Origin: Mucilaginibacter sp.
Lineage (GTDB): Bacteria; Bacteroidota; Bacteroidia; Sphingobacteriales; Sphingobacteriaceae
DNA length: 64,000 nt
Assembly: GCA_035656115.1 (NCBI GenBank)
Contig: DASRTD010000076.1
Span: 18,481-82,480, forward strand
Direction: 5' to 3'
Position 1 is the first letter of the stretch. Every line of letters begins with the position of its first letter. Position numbers and translations under genes: made by a program. Of the stretch, positions 8,893 through 19,679 are shown in pieces. The notes under the pieces are model-generated. The model was not told the origin of the DNA and ran no database searches. It was given only the letters and a program-made list of their open reading frames with translations.

Positions 8893-10863
8893 CTACCCCT
8901 TTTTCTCCAAAACCAGCACCACTTTATTAAAATCCGCCGAAGAGTTGATGATCTTCCTGAACTGGGTAAACTGTTCCATCGGGTAATATTCGCGATGGTA
9001 TTGTTCCACAATGTGGATCGACAATATATTCCCTTTGATCTCATAGCTGCAAACAAAGCCCATGGTTTCCTCGCCGTTTTCGGTGTACGTCTGGTCGATC
9101 TTCAGGTCGTTTGGATTGCTGATGGTATAACCATCCGGGATTACGAGATCGATCTTGCGCTCCTCGATATGCCCGAATTCAAAATCCACCGGTTCCTGGC
9201 GCGGCTTCTCCTGGTACATTTCTACCTGCGGGCCGATGGCCATGCCTATTTTTAACAATAGCTTATTGCCGGCGCGCTCTATCAATTCTCCCGATTTGGT
9301 TTTGGTATGCAGGATGAGCGGTTTATTCGGGGTTTCATCTTCAAAGCCCTGGTTCAAGACCTCTGACGACAAAATATTTTCGGAATTGGCCATCGACTTG
9401 GTCAGCTCCTTAATAAACTGCTTTTTCTGATCATCGTTCGAGTAGTTGAAAGCATCGCGGTAATTGATAGAAGCATAGCCCTGGAAAATCTGTTTTTCGT
9501 CGATGGTCAATGAGTCCAGGTCTGCGTTGAGTTCCAGCTTTGCTTCCAGATTTTGAACGGTCTGGTTATAAGCTTCCATTGGTACCGGTTTGATCTCGGC
9601 TACCGCGGTTGTGAAACTGCCTAATGACATTTTTTTGCAGTACAAACCGTTCGTCGATCCCCATGACGGGAATATCCATGGATAACGATAGTCGGGGCGG
9701 GTTGGGGCGATGAATTTATTTTCCGTAGGGAAAAAGAAGACGGGGTACTCGCAATTATTCCAGTCTTCAAATTGCTTATCTATCGAAAATTTTTCCCTGT
9801 TGCCGGTTAAAACATATTGGTAATTGACGCCAAGGTTTTGAAAAATGGCCGTGTACAAACGCATGGTGCCGATCGTTCCGCCTATTTTATTTTGCAGCAC
9901 TGTTGCCAGTGCGTTACCATCGGCGCTGTTCAGGTCTTCGTTATAGGAAAAGTTTTTCTTGATGAAATCCTCAACCGCCGTGATTTTTGCCACCTCGTCA
10001 GGAAGTTTATCCCAACCGTTCGTGGTGACAAGGTCAGATGCAGCCTTAAATTCTTTATCCGAATAGTCGGTATAAACGCCATATATGCGTTTGGCCAATT
10101 CGTTCCAGGTAAACAGGCGTTCGGTACTGCTGCCTGAGGTGTTGTACGCCAGCTTAAATTCTATGCGGTAAACATTAGCGTCAAAATAAGCATATTTCTC
10201 CTCATCCAGCCCGGGCGTGTTTTTTACGATGCATTGTGCAATGCGCTTATTATTGACTACTGTATCGGTCGCGGGCGCCGAAAAATTATACGATTTAACC
10301 TCGAACTTTAACCTTGGCGGCCCGATCACCTGGAACGTAGTTTCCAGTACGGGTATACGGTCCTGCACTGTCTCGCGCCCAAAGTACGTGGTCGATTTTT
10401 TTATGGTGTAAAAATATTCTACCTCACTGCCTTTTTCCAGGCCTTCCATCGCAAATATTTTGTAGGTATTTCCGTCTTCCTCCTTAATATCCTTGATATT
10501 GTTTTTATCCAGCTCGATTGTTTTTCCGCCGGGAAGGATGCTGCGGGCTTTTACGTCCACAATGTCCGAGTTCTCGCTTAAACCCAGGTATATCTTGTTA
10601 AATCCTTCAATACCGCGGTCGTCGTTGATATGCACGATTTTGTGAATAGTATAATATTCGGCCACCTCGTTCTTCGATTCATCGGTAAATTCAATCCGCC
10701 GTGTATCCGAAATAACAACGGCAGCTTCCTTGCCGTACTTAGCGTCGATGGAGTGGATGGCAGGCTTATCGGTCCATGCCTCTTTTTCAATTTGTGGTGA
10801 TTGTGCAAGCAGTTGCTGTGCCGATGCCAGGGCAACTACCATTAAAAGCGTCTTTTTATTCAT
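8893..10863 (-). CDS. Exported DUF3857 / transglutaminase-fold protein lacking the catalytic triad
   Basis: Signal peptide ending AQ; FAMEGLEKGSEVEYFY (DUF3857-like); GGTIG where the neighbour has GDCKD. Confidence 0.7.
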   Translation of the reverse strand: MNKKTLLMVVALASAQQLLAQSPQIEKEAWTDKPAIHSIDAKYGKEAAVVISDTRRIEFTDESKNEVAEYYTIHKIVHINDDRGIEGFNKIYLGLSENSDIVDVKARSILPGGKTIELDKNNIKDIKEEDGNTYKIFAMEGLEKGSEVEYFYTIKKSTTYFGRETVQDRIPVLETTFQVIGPPRLKFEVKSYNFSAPATDTVVNNKRIAQCIVKNTPGLDEEKYAYFDANVYRIEFKLAYNTSGSSTERLFTWNELAKRIYGVYTDYSDKEFKAASDLVTTNGWDKLPDEVAKITAVEDFIKKNFSYNEDLNSADGNALATVLQNKIGGTIGTMRLYTAIFQNLGVNYQYVLTGNREKFSIDKQFEDWNNCEYPVFFFPTENKFIAPTRPDYRYPWIFPSWGSTNGLYCKKMSLGSFTTAVAEIKPVPMEAYNQTVQNLEAKLELNADLDSLTIDEKQIFQGYASINYRDAFNYSNDDQKKQFIKELTKSMANSENILSSEVLNQGFEDETPNKPLILHTKTKSGELIERAGNKLLLKIGMAIGPQVEMYQEKPRQEPVDFEFGHIEERKIDLVIPDGYTISNPNDLKIDQTYTENGEETMGFVCSYEIKGNILSIHIVEQYHREYYPMEQFTQFRKIINSSADFNKVVLVLEKKG

Positions 10864-10868
10864 TACGT

Positions 10869-12791
10869 CTAATTTTTCGAGAGGCTTAAAGTCTCCTTGT
10901 ACAAAGGAAACAGATTTTGCAATACTTTATTCCAGGCTTCAAACTGGTCGCTGGTGAGCATCAGCTGATTGTTATCAAACTGCTGCGTCAGGCTAACCCA
11001 GCTGCCATTTTGTGCATATTGCATGTCGAAGCCAAATACGTTGTTGTGGTAAGTTTTGCTCGGGGGTAAATAGGTGAGCTTGTACCCGTCAGGAACCTTC
11101 AGCATGGTTACGTATTTTCTTTTCGAAATAAAATTGTATTCAATCGGTATCTTTCTTTCGGGGTAATCTATCTTTTCGCCTTCGTAAAACCTGAAGAGAT
11201 TAAGGTTGAGGTAATAATCGTTACCGATATTCTTGGCATAATCCGGTAAGCTGAATTCGCCGGATAAAATAATCTCGTTATTCGGCTGTTTTTTGTCGAT
11301 ATAAAAGGTGTCGAGATGAAACTTGTTGGTACCGCGTTCAAACTCATCCTTCATATCCTGTATCATATTCTTTTTATCCCAGTACATCAGCTTGCCGTAG
11401 ATGTCGCTGGCATAATAGCCGGTAAGGGTCTTTTTTATTTTTCCTTTCAGGCCTGCCGGGGTAAGCTCCAGCCAGGTAGTATCAGTTACCGTATTCCTGT
11501 CTTTTTCAATCACAGGCACCTTCAATATTTTGTATTCCTTTTCGTTGATGGAGATCATCGCTTCCTTATCCTGTGTCATCGACGATGGCATACCGAAAAC
11601 GCAGGTCGGGTCGGTCCCATCCAGGAAGATATACTTGCCATTGAGCAATATGGTGCAGATCATGTGGTTGCTCACCATTGGCAGCGGGGTTTCGCTAAAT
11701 TTGTAAGGCATATCGCGCGTACCTATCCAGGTAAAATAGGCGGTAACGCCGGCATAATTCAGCATTTCGGTAAGGATGCTGGCCATGTCCTTGCAATCCC
11801 CGAAACGGCGGTTGCATACCAGCCCTGCATCGCGCGGCACAAAGCCGCCCATGCCGTCTTCAAATGCCACGTATTTGATATTTCCCTGCACCCATCCGTA
11901 AATGCTGCGGGCCTTGCTTTCCAGCGAAGCGGATTTGGCAGTCAGTGAGTCGACGATGTGCTTAAGTTCCGGGCTTATCTGCTGATTGATCGATTTGATA
12001 TAGCTGTAATTCAGCCGGTACAGGTCGTCCGCATTCGAAAGAAACGGAACGGTATTCCCTTTGTCGTCTTTGTAATTTTCGATGTAAAAAATAACATGCG
12101 GCGAATACCACGAGAAGCCCGGCGCGTCACCATAAGATTTATCGGCAGGGCAGTTTTTATACTGGAACGTATAGATCAGGTCGCGGTGTTTTTTCTCCAC
12201 GCTAACGGTGATCTTGCTGGTATCGAGTCCCATCAGGCGATATTTCAGCGAGATGTCTTTTGACACGGTAACTTTTAACTCGCTGTTGATTGCCGGTATA
12301 TTGGCCGAAAAATAAAAAGGTGATAACAGGTGCGGTTCCTTGTTCACCCATGATACATGCAGGTTACCCACCGCGCCAGGCTCAACCGCCGGAAAATTAA
12401 AGGTAGTTTGCTTCACGTCGTCGTAAAAAACAAAACTCTCCTTGTCGATGCTGGTTTTAAACTCACTTACCTTAAGTTTTTTGTCGTCGGGAGTGCGGGT
12501 ATAGGCATCGTAAGTGATCAGCTGTTGAAAATCACTGTGCGAAAAACCATACTGCCCGGAATACATATTTGCCGTGCCCAGTACATACTCTATTTGCTGG
12601 GTTTCTTCGCTTTCAACATAAGGCTGGTTATTTTTTAAGCTGATATTGAATTCGTACACATGGTTCAGCATCACCGCCTTTTCATTGGGAAACGCCTTAC
12701 GTATCGAATCCAGGCTTTGCGCATTTACGGTATCAAAAGGCAGGAACAAACACGCCAATCCCCCCAACATTAAACAACTCACTCTATTCAT
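10869..12791 (-). CDS. Exported DUF3857 + transglutaminase-like cysteine-protease-domain protein
   Basis: Signal peptide; FPAVEPGAV; IKYVAFEDGMGGFVPR; triad motifs FGDCKD, NHMIC and FLDGTD. Confidence 0.85.
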   Translation of the reverse strand: MNRVSCLMLGGLACLFLPFDTVNAQSLDSIRKAFPNEKAVMLNHVYEFNISLKNNQPYVESEETQQIEYVLGTANMYSGQYGFSHSDFQQLITYDAYTRTPDDKKLKVSEFKTSIDKESFVFYDDVKQTTFNFPAVEPGAVGNLHVSWVNKEPHLLSPFYFSANIPAINSELKVTVSKDISLKYRLMGLDTSKITVSVEKKHRDLIYTFQYKNCPADKSYGDAPGFSWYSPHVIFYIENYKDDKGNTVPFLSNADDLYRLNYSYIKSINQQISPELKHIVDSLTAKSASLESKARSIYGWVQGNIKYVAFEDGMGGFVPRDAGLVCNRRFGDCKDMASILTEMLNYAGVTAYFTWIGTRDMPYKFSETPLPMVSNHMICTILLNGKYIFLDGTDPTCVFGMPSSMTQDKEAMISINEKEYKILKVPVIEKDRNTVTDTTWLELTPAGLKGKIKKTLTGYYASDIYGKLMYWDKKNMIQDMKDEFERGTNKFHLDTFYIDKKQPNNEIILSGEFSLPDYAKNIGNDYYLNLNLFRFYEGEKIDYPERKIPIEYNFISKRKYVTMLKVPDGYKLTYLPPSKTYHNNVFGFDMQYAQNGSWVSLTQQFDNNQLMLTSDQFEAWNKVLQNLFPLYKETLSLSKN

Positions 12792-15700
12792 TTTTCACCG
12801 AAATAATATTGCCGTAATTATAAATTATTGTCCTGACCAATTTGCCATTTTTATCATAATATTTTGATGCACCGTTTCTTACGCCGTTTTCTAAGGTGAT
12901 CTCCTTTTTCAAAATGCCGGTATCATAAAAATCTTTACATATGCCGTCGGCGTTATCGTCCACGTAGTGATATTGCGACTTCATCTTTCCATTGGGATAG
13001 TATTCCAACGATAAACCCTGGCTGATGCCGTATTGGGTAGTATCAACCGACCGCAACTGGCCATTGGTGTAGTACAATAGATCGCGGCCGGTTATGGCTC
13101 CGTTGGTGTATGCCACTTCTCTTGACGGTTTACCGTTGGGATAATAGGCCTTCATGATGCCGTTGGTATAAGGCAGCTGAATAGCGGGTACCGGTTTGCC
13201 GTCTTTCCCCAAATACGTGTAATATTGCGCGCGGTCGTCTTCAAATGTGTTCTGGTACATGAGCGTTCCGTCGGGGTCGTACTTTTTAGTGTCGCCGTTC
13301 AGCTGGTCATCTTTATATTCCCCTACGTAGTCCTTTGACCCTTCTGGGAAGTAGAAAGTCTTTTCGCCATTCAACTCGTCGTTCAGGTAAGTATACGTTT
13401 CAGAGAGCGAGCCATCCTCTTCGTAGCTTTTCCACAACCCGGTTTTATTTCCCCTCAGGTATTGTCCCTCCCAGTCTTTAATGCCGCCGTAAAAAAAGCT
13501 CCGGTAAGTGCTGTCCAGCAATCCCCGTTTATAAAAAGTGCTGGTCTCCGGGCTGCCATCGAAAAAGTAGGTTTTATAGGCGCCGTCAAAATCCCCGTTC
13601 ACATAATTCCCTTCCGTCATTTTTTGTTTATTCGGGTAATAAAGGACATATTTCCCCGATCCTTTAGGGAACGAATCAACCGCGATAATATTTCCTGCAT
13701 CGTCATATTGCGTTAGTTTTTCAAGCCAGCCCCTGTAATATTTTTCTTCCAGCGTTTTTTGGCCCTTCGGATTATACTCTTCTTTATAACCATCAAGGTC
13801 GTTGTTAAGGTAATATTCCCTGGTTGTGAGCCTGCCTCGTTCATCATACAACAACCATTCCCCTTCATCGTCTCCATCCTTTACCCATCCTTCCGCTTCT
13901 TTTTTTCCGTTAACGTAATAAGTTGTTACATAGCCGTCCTCTTTCCCATCGGTCATGTTCGCGTCCGACTTTTTATTGCCGTTTGGATAAAAAGTAACCG
14001 CCGGGCCGTTGAAATCGTCGTCTTTATAAGTATTGATCTCGTCGATTTTTCCTGATGGATAAAATAAAGTATCGGGGCCACTTAAATTTCCTTTTTTGTC
14101 GTAAAACGGATGGGCCCTTTTAAAACCAGCGCGCGAATAAACAATTATGCCGATGGAGGTATCCCCCAGGGTTGACGAACTAAGCTGCGCACCGCTTTTT
14201 TCGAAATAAGCGGCCGATTTAATGGCGCCGCCGTCATAAGCATATTTTGCAAGCAGTTTGCCGTCCTTATAATAATAATCGGCCTCGCCCTCTATTTTCC
14301 CCTTTTTTACATTGTAAGTGCATAACAGCTGCCCATTATCAAAAAATTCCTGGTGCAAGCCGTTTTCGTTGTCATTAGCGTAGTTCCGCGTTTCCTTTAC
14401 TTTTCCGTTTTCATAATAAAACTTCCATTCGCCAATGCTTTTGTCTTTGCTTTGCTGACCTTCGGATGATAAGCCCCCGTTTTCGAAATAGCCCTTGTAA
14501 GGCCCCTCGCCCTTATCGTTAACATACATTTCAATGTTCTTGATGAGGCCGTTTTTATAATACTCACGCGCCTCACCGTTCTGCACCCCGGCGGTGTAAT
14601 TAGCTACCGAAGCTAAATTGCCGTTTGAATGGTACTCCCTCACTTCGCCGTCTTTCTTGCCCAGCTTATAATTGGTAGTTGATTTTACATAGCCCGCGTA
14701 GAAATAGGCGGTAACCAAACCATCGGGCTTATCGCCGCTGTAGTTTTCGGTCGATGATAGATTGCCGTTTTCAAAATAATATTCCTGTTTGCCTTCCAGT
14801 TTACCCATTTTGTAATGTACCCTGGCCCTTAATTTCCCGGAGTCGAAATAGGCCAGCCACTCACCTTCCCTCTGCCCGGATGAATTGCAATCGCCAACAG
14901 CCTGCACGTTGCCCGCAGGGTAAAAAATTACCCAGTGGCCAACCGGTAGTTTACCGTTGTCGCTCAGCATCCCTTTGCCGGCAAGCTTGCCGTTCTCAAA
15001 AAGGTACTGTTGATTCACTGTATCCCTTTTTTTATAATACAGCTCGCGGGTCGAGCGTAGCAGGTTAAAATAGGTGGCGGCCTCGTTTACAAAGGCATCC
15101 ATTGGCTTTTTGTTCTTTTTTATATAGTCCTGCACCACTGCAACGTTCACGTTCGAGAAAATGTGGTACACAAAAAGCTCGAACTTGTTGTTGTTGCTGA
15201 ATACCTGTTTGTAATAGGGCAGGTAATATTGTATCCAGAAATCATTGCTGGCATCGCTGTATTCCAGCTTCTCAAATGCCGCCTGTATCTGGCGGGCCAT
15301 GGGGTCGTCCAGGGAAACGACCGATTTGTAGGCCGGATCAAGCGCTATTTTTGAAAGCACGATATCTTCAACAGCCTGGTAATTTGCATCAGGGCTGATG
15401 GTGCGTTTGTTTTTAAAATCCAAAATCTCGTCGGTAGCGCGTGATATCTCATTAATGTAATGAATGGATTTGGACCAATATTTACCGTCCGGGGTCATCA
15501 GCAAATAAGCCACAAAGCTTAAATACGCCGGGATGATCTTTCCCTGGTTTAATGCCGCAAGCCCCAGCTGGTAATGGGCGCTGTACATGTATGGGCTGAT
15601 CATCAGCGACTTTTGAAACCATGTTTCTGCTTCGGCCCAACGGCTTTCACCCATAAAGGTTACGCCTTTATTAAAGTAAAACAATGCGTACGACGGATAT

Positions 15701-16080
15701 TTGGCAATAGCCTGGTCGAATACCGTGCGGGCCTTATCGCGTTGCTTTAAATCCATCAGCGAGTTGCCGTAGGTATTATACAACTCTGGTTCCCATTCGC
15801 GCTGCTCCTTTAATGCCAGCCCCTCCTCGCAGTATTTAACTGCCTGGGTATACTGGCTGTCGGCTTCGCAACTGATTGCCTTTTCGTAAAGCGACCATAC
15901 GTAGTTCGTATCGCTGCGATTGATTTTATTGAGATCGAGTGCCTGTTTATACTTTCCCGAATCATAAAGCACGGCGCATTGTTTAATGATATCGCCCGAA
16001 TTAACCAATTCAAATTTTTGCGCGGAGGAAAGTTTAGGGTACAACACCAGCAGCACCAGCAGCAGTTTAAGATATTTCAT
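12784..16080 (-). CDS. Exported TPR + MORN-variant (YwqK-like) repeat protein, 1098 aa
   Basis: Signal peptide ending AQ; N-terminal TPR helices (LYNTYGNSLMDL, FYFNKGVTFM, AHYQLGLAAL); many G..dG....YY.nG repeats to the C-terminus. Confidence 0.85.
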   Translation of the reverse strand: MKYLKLLLVLLVLYPKLSSAQKFELVNSGDIIKQCAVLYDSGKYKQALDLNKINRSDTNYVWSLYEKAISCEADSQYTQAVKYCEEGLALKEQREWEPELYNTYGNSLMDLKQRDKARTVFDQAIAKYPSYALFYFNKGVTFMGESRWAEAETWFQKSLMISPYMYSAHYQLGLAALNQGKIIPAYLSFVAYLLMTPDGKYWSKSIHYINEISRATDEILDFKNKRTISPDANYQAVEDIVLSKIALDPAYKSVVSLDDPMARQIQAAFEKLEYSDASNDFWIQYYLPYYKQVFSNNNKFELFVYHIFSNVNVAVVQDYIKKNKKPMDAFVNEAATYFNLLRSTRELYYKKRDTVNQQYLFENGKLAGKGMLSDNGKLPVGHWVIFYPAGNVQAVGDCNSSGQREGEWLAYFDSGKLRARVHYKMGKLEGKQEYYFENGNLSSTENYSGDKPDGLVTAYFYAGYVKSTTNYKLGKKDGEVREYHSNGNLASVANYTAGVQNGEAREYYKNGLIKNIEMYVNDKGEGPYKGYFENGGLSSEGQQSKDKSIGEWKFYYENGKVKETRNYANDNENGLHQEFFDNGQLLCTYNVKKGKIEGEADYYYKDGKLLAKYAYDGGAIKSAAYFEKSGAQLSSSTLGDTSIGIIVYSRAGFKRAHPFYDKKGNLSGPDTLFYPSGKIDEINTYKDDDFNGPAVTFYPNGNKKSDANMTDGKEDGYVTTYYVNGKKEAEGWVKDGDDEGEWLLYDERGRLTTREYYLNNDLDGYKEEYNPKGQKTLEEKYYRGWLEKLTQYDDAGNIIAVDSFPKGSGKYVLYYPNKQKMTEGNYVNGDFDGAYKTYFFDGSPETSTFYKRGLLDSTYRSFFYGGIKDWEGQYLRGNKTGLWKSYEEDGSLSETYTYLNDELNGEKTFYFPEGSKDYVGEYKDDQLNGDTKKYDPDGTLMYQNTFEDDRAQYYTYLGKDGKPVPAIQLPYTNGIMKAYYPNGKPSREVAYTNGAITGRDLLYYTNGQLRSVDTTQYGISQGLSLEYYPNGKMKSQYHYVDDNADGICKDFYDTGILKKEITLENGVRNGASKYYDKNGKLVRTIIYNYGNIISVKNE

Positions 16081-16257
16081 TAACGGGGTTCAATAGTTTT
16101 ATGAATGGTGAATATATATTTTTTTTGGAATCAAAGAAATACCTTCCAACCACCTGAACTAAAAAAAATTAAAAAATAATGCATCTGGTCCATTGATAGC
16201 ATTATTTCCCCGCAGATGGAACTGTGGTTTGCAGAAGGGCCGATTACCAATCTCTCA

Positions 16258-17034
16258 TTACTCATCCGCCAGCTCTATCCACACCGGCCCATGATCGCTT
16301 GATTTTTCCCAGCCCCGTACGTTCCTGTCAACCCCTGCTGCCTTAAGCCGGCCAACGAGGTTTGGACTGAGCAGGAAATGGTCGATACGCAGGCCTGCGT
16401 TGCGGCCATAGGCGTCGCGGAAAAAGTCCCAGTAAGTGTAAATAATTTCATCGGGGTGAAGTTTGCGGATGGCATCGGTCCATCCCTGGCCGAGCAGCTT
16501 TTGAAAAGCAGCGCGTGTCTCCGGGCGGAATAAGGCGTCATTAACCCAGCGTTCGGCTTTATATGCATCCAGTTCAGTGGGTATAACATTGTAGTCGCCG
16601 GCGATGACCGTCGGCATGCCCGATGACAGCAACTCAGCGGCATGCAGGGTTAGCCGGTCAAACCATTTCAGCTTATAATCAAACTTAGGGCCAGGCGCGG
16701 GGTTACCGTTGGGCAGGTAAAGGCAGCAAATTTTTACGCCGTTTACAACTGCTTCAATATACCGGCTGTGCTCGTCCTCGGAGTCGCCGGGTAGCGCACG
16801 CCTTAGCTCCTGCGGCATACCAAGGCGGGAGAGGATCGCCACACCGTTCCAGCTTTTTTGCCCATGCCATATGGCCTGGTAGCCGGCTTCGTTTATGGCA
16901 GCCTCAGGGAAGTTTTCCTGCACTGCCTTCAATTCCTGCAGGCAAACCACATCGGGCTGCGTTTCGCCGAGCCAGCGCTGCAAAATGTGCATGCGCGCAT
17001 TGATGCTATTTACGTTATAGGTGGCTATTTTCAT
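16258..17034 (-). CDS. xth: Exodeoxyribonuclease III
   Basis: MKIATYNVNSI, CLQELK, AGDYNV, GLRIDHFL and SDHGPV motifs. Confidence 0.95.
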   Translation of the reverse strand: MKIATYNVNSINARMHILQRWLGETQPDVVCLQELKAVQENFPEAAINEAGYQAIWHGQKSWNGVAILSRLGMPQELRRALPGDSEDEHSRYIEAVVNGVKICCLYLPNGNPAPGPKFDYKLKWFDRLTLHAAELLSSGMPTVIAGDYNVIPTELDAYKAERWVNDALFRPETRAAFQKLLGQGWTDAIRKLHPDEIIYTYWDFFRDAYGRNAGLRIDHFLLSPNLVGRLKAAGVDRNVRGWEKSSDHGPVWIELADE

Positions 17035-17073
17035 AAATTAATTTGCTTTTAATGCAAATATACCTTCGCCATT

Positions 17074-19569
17074 TTAATTAACAGGAGCTGCAAAAACTTT
17101 TTCGAGGTAGATAGGGTGACCGTCCTTATCCATGCCCTGTAATACCACGCGGTACTTTTTTGTTTTGCCATTGGCGACAAAGTGCACCCGGACAATGCCG
17201 TCGGCATCGGTTTGCAGGTCATGCGCCCAAAACAAAGTGGTGCGGAAGCCAGGGCCCGATCTTTGTTTATCCGCCATGGGGTGTTCTGCGGAAAACTCCC
17301 GTGGTGCGCTATAGCCATTAAACGTAAACTGGTTAAGCATGGCACTTTCTGGATGAGGCCCGCCGTAGCTGTTTACGTCATCGTCGTGGGTTTTGGTATA
17401 GATCACAATGGCCCCGATAAAGCCACCATTCAACGGTGCAAACCAAACCGGCGGCGGCATGAAACGGATCATTGCGACATCCGTCATATTCATGTTTTCG
17501 ACTTCATCTTCATCCACGTACATTTCATCGATATAAAAATAAGGTTTTGGCAGCTGCGAAGGATCGAGGCCTATCCCCAATGTAGATGGTCCGTTGTATT
17601 TCCAAATGATGCTGTCGTACATCCGCGTCATTACCAGACCGGGTATGCGACCATTTATATAATCGAGTATCTTTTGATTCGGCGGACCAGGCAGATCGAC
17701 CAAATCAAAAGTGAAGGCATTGTCGGCAGGAAAGCGTTTTACGTGGCTGTCGATCATTTTTTGCACCGGGTCCTTCGGATGCTCTCTGATGTTTACCGTT
17801 TTCAGCATGATGCCTTTAGCGAGGTAGTATTGCTGCAATGCACGCCCGGCACTGTCAATAAAGCTGATGTTGATGCCGGGATTGGCCAGTGCGGCGTTCA
17901 GCATTTTGCCTTTGCCGGTATTCGCCGTATCCAGGTTTTCGTTAAAGAAGGTGACTTCCGCGTCCTGCTTGCGGTTTTTAGCGTTTACGGCTTCATATAG
18001 TACGTCGGCATTACCCACCGAATTGTAGTTGCCCAGTTTAAACAGGCCGTTACGGTCAGGCGCCACGTAGGCCATCACTTTTCCTGAATCGGCTGCCGTG
18101 ATCATCATTTTGATCTTCAAACCCTGCGCCGGGTTATACTTCTCTATGCGGCCCGCAATAAACTGCGACTGTTGCACGGCGTGCTGCAGGGAGATGGGTT
18201 TATTATTGATAATATCCTCCCATTTCGCGTAATGCGCCTGGTTGGTCAGCATCAGCAGGTCCAGCTGCGCGCGCAGCGTATCGCTGTTGTTTTTAAAATA
18301 ATAGCCCGGGTCCGGAATGTAAGCGGATGTTGTCGAACTCAACAGGGCAAAGGAACCCAGGTTGTCGGAAACCGCATTGCCCATATCGGCGTCGGTTACC
18401 GAAACGGAAAGATCTCCGCGCACCGGATGGCCCGAGGCGTCGCTGATATTAAATGTTAGAGCATTTGCGCCTCCTGCTTTGAAGGCGACCGTGTCGGCTT
18501 TTAACGTGGCAGAAGGTGAATCGCCGTGATCAATAAATACTGCCCGCTCGCCGACAAGCCTGCCGCTTTCATCAAACAAACCGAAATGCACTATCCCGGT
18601 TAAGAAATTGTTTTTATCGAAGCTAAAAACATTTATCCCCCGCGATAATTGCAGGGGGTAGCCAACGGCCACGCCATCGTCCTGCACGGCCTGTACCAGT
18701 ACGTTCTGTGTCTCCGGCTGCTGCCCGGTAGTGGCGAATACCAGGTCCACCTCGTTGGGCGGGCCGGGGTTAACGCGCATGCTGATGCCGGTGTTTTCCG
18801 CCGTGGGCAAAGCAATGTTTTGTACCGAATTATCCGGGAAGCGTACCTGTGCGGTGTATGCCATGCCTGCGCGTGTTTCAAAGCTAAAGCTGCCCATGCC
18901 GTCATGTATGGTACTGATGGCGGTTACCTTATTTTTCTGCCCGTCAAGCACTTCTCCATTAACAGTTACCGGCATCCCGTTACCGTCCACAGCCTTAAAG
19001 GCGATATTGCCGGTTGCGCCGTCAATCAGTTTGCCGCCCTCGGGGTAAAAGGTGATATGGTAATTGTTATCGGGGTTTACGGTGAATTTATCTGGATTTA
19101 CAGGCTCCCGCGGATTTTGAATGTACAACACCTGGGTGAAAAGGTCGTCGCGGTTAAAATTGAGCATCCATGCGGTAAAGGCCTGCAAACGGTACCAGCC
19201 GCTTCGCAAAGTATCCGGCAGGTCGATGTTTCCCCATGCGGCGCCGTTTTTAAGCGGGAGCTTATCCTGCTTAATTGCGCGGCCTTTTTCGTCGGATAGC
19301 CTAACATACGCTATTTTACTGAGGGCCGACGGCTTGCCGTAAGCCATTGCATACACCTTATACCATACCGTTTGGCCGCCTGCGAAAACACTTTGGCTGG
19401 CATGCACAAATACCTTTTCCTGCGGGTAGCTTTTAAACCGGGACTCAAGTGATGACGAGAGTTTTTGCTGAACGCCCGCAATTTGCCGCGATGGGGTTTG
19501 TGCCGCTGCTGAAAATGCGGCTAACACGACTGCAAACAGGATAAAGCTGCTTATGTTTTTCTTCATCAT
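17074..19569 (-). CDS. Exported MG2-domain / TonB-plug-like protein (Bacteroidota macroglobulin-like family)
   Basis: Signal peptide from MMKKN at 19569 (ORF track start 19605); QEKVFVH..GQTVWYK, FYPEGGKLI and C-terminal RTTLFW..L.TDADG. Confidence 0.7.
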   Translation of the reverse strand: MMKKNISSFILFAVVLAAFSAAAQTPSRQIAGVQQKLSSSLESRFKSYPQEKVFVHASQSVFAGGQTVWYKVYAMAYGKPSALSKIAYVRLSDEKGRAIKQDKLPLKNGAAWGNIDLPDTLRSGWYRLQAFTAWMLNFNRDDLFTQVLYIQNPREPVNPDKFTVNPDNNYHITFYPEGGKLIDGATGNIAFKAVDGNGMPVTVNGEVLDGQKNKVTAISTIHDGMGSFSFETRAGMAYTAQVRFPDNSVQNIALPTAENTGISMRVNPGPPNEVDLVFATTGQQPETQNVLVQAVQDDGVAVGYPLQLSRGINVFSFDKNNFLTGIVHFGLFDESGRLVGERAVFIDHGDSPSATLKADTVAFKAGGANALTFNISDASGHPVRGDLSVSVTDADMGNAVSDNLGSFALLSSTTSAYIPDPGYYFKNNSDTLRAQLDLLMLTNQAHYAKWEDIINNKPISLQHAVQQSQFIAGRIEKYNPAQGLKIKMMITAADSGKVMAYVAPDRNGLFKLGNYNSVGNADVLYEAVNAKNRKQDAEVTFFNENLDTANTGKGKMLNAALANPGINISFIDSAGRALQQYYLAKGIMLKTVNIREHPKDPVQKMIDSHVKRFPADNAFTFDLVDLPGPPNQKILDYINGRIPGLVMTRMYDSIIWKYNGPSTLGIGLDPSQLPKPYFYIDEMYVDEDEVENMNMTDVAMIRFMPPPVWFAPLNGGFIGAIVIYTKTHDDDVNSYGGPHPESAMLNQFTFNGYSAPREFSAEHPMADKQRSGPGFRTTLFWAHDLQTDADGIVRVHFVANGKTKKYRVVLQGMDKDGHPIYLEKVFAAPVN

Positions 19570-19679
19570 TTCGTGTTCCGGTTTATTGTCAGGATTTGAA
19601 TGCAATATAGCGATAATTTATTTTGAAATATTCAGCAGGCATACCGCTTAACAAATAATTTTAATTTAAACTGTTTTTT

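Noticed and set aside
12784-16080. Toxin-antitoxin system (YwqK-like antitoxin repeats)
   Set aside because: No toxin or RHS/LXG gene is adjacent; the protein is exported, about 1100 aa long and operonic with DUF3857 genes.
17074-19605. SusC-like TonB transporter or polysaccharide utilisation locus
   Set aside because: There is a plug-like segment but no beta-barrel, SusD or CAZyme neighbours.
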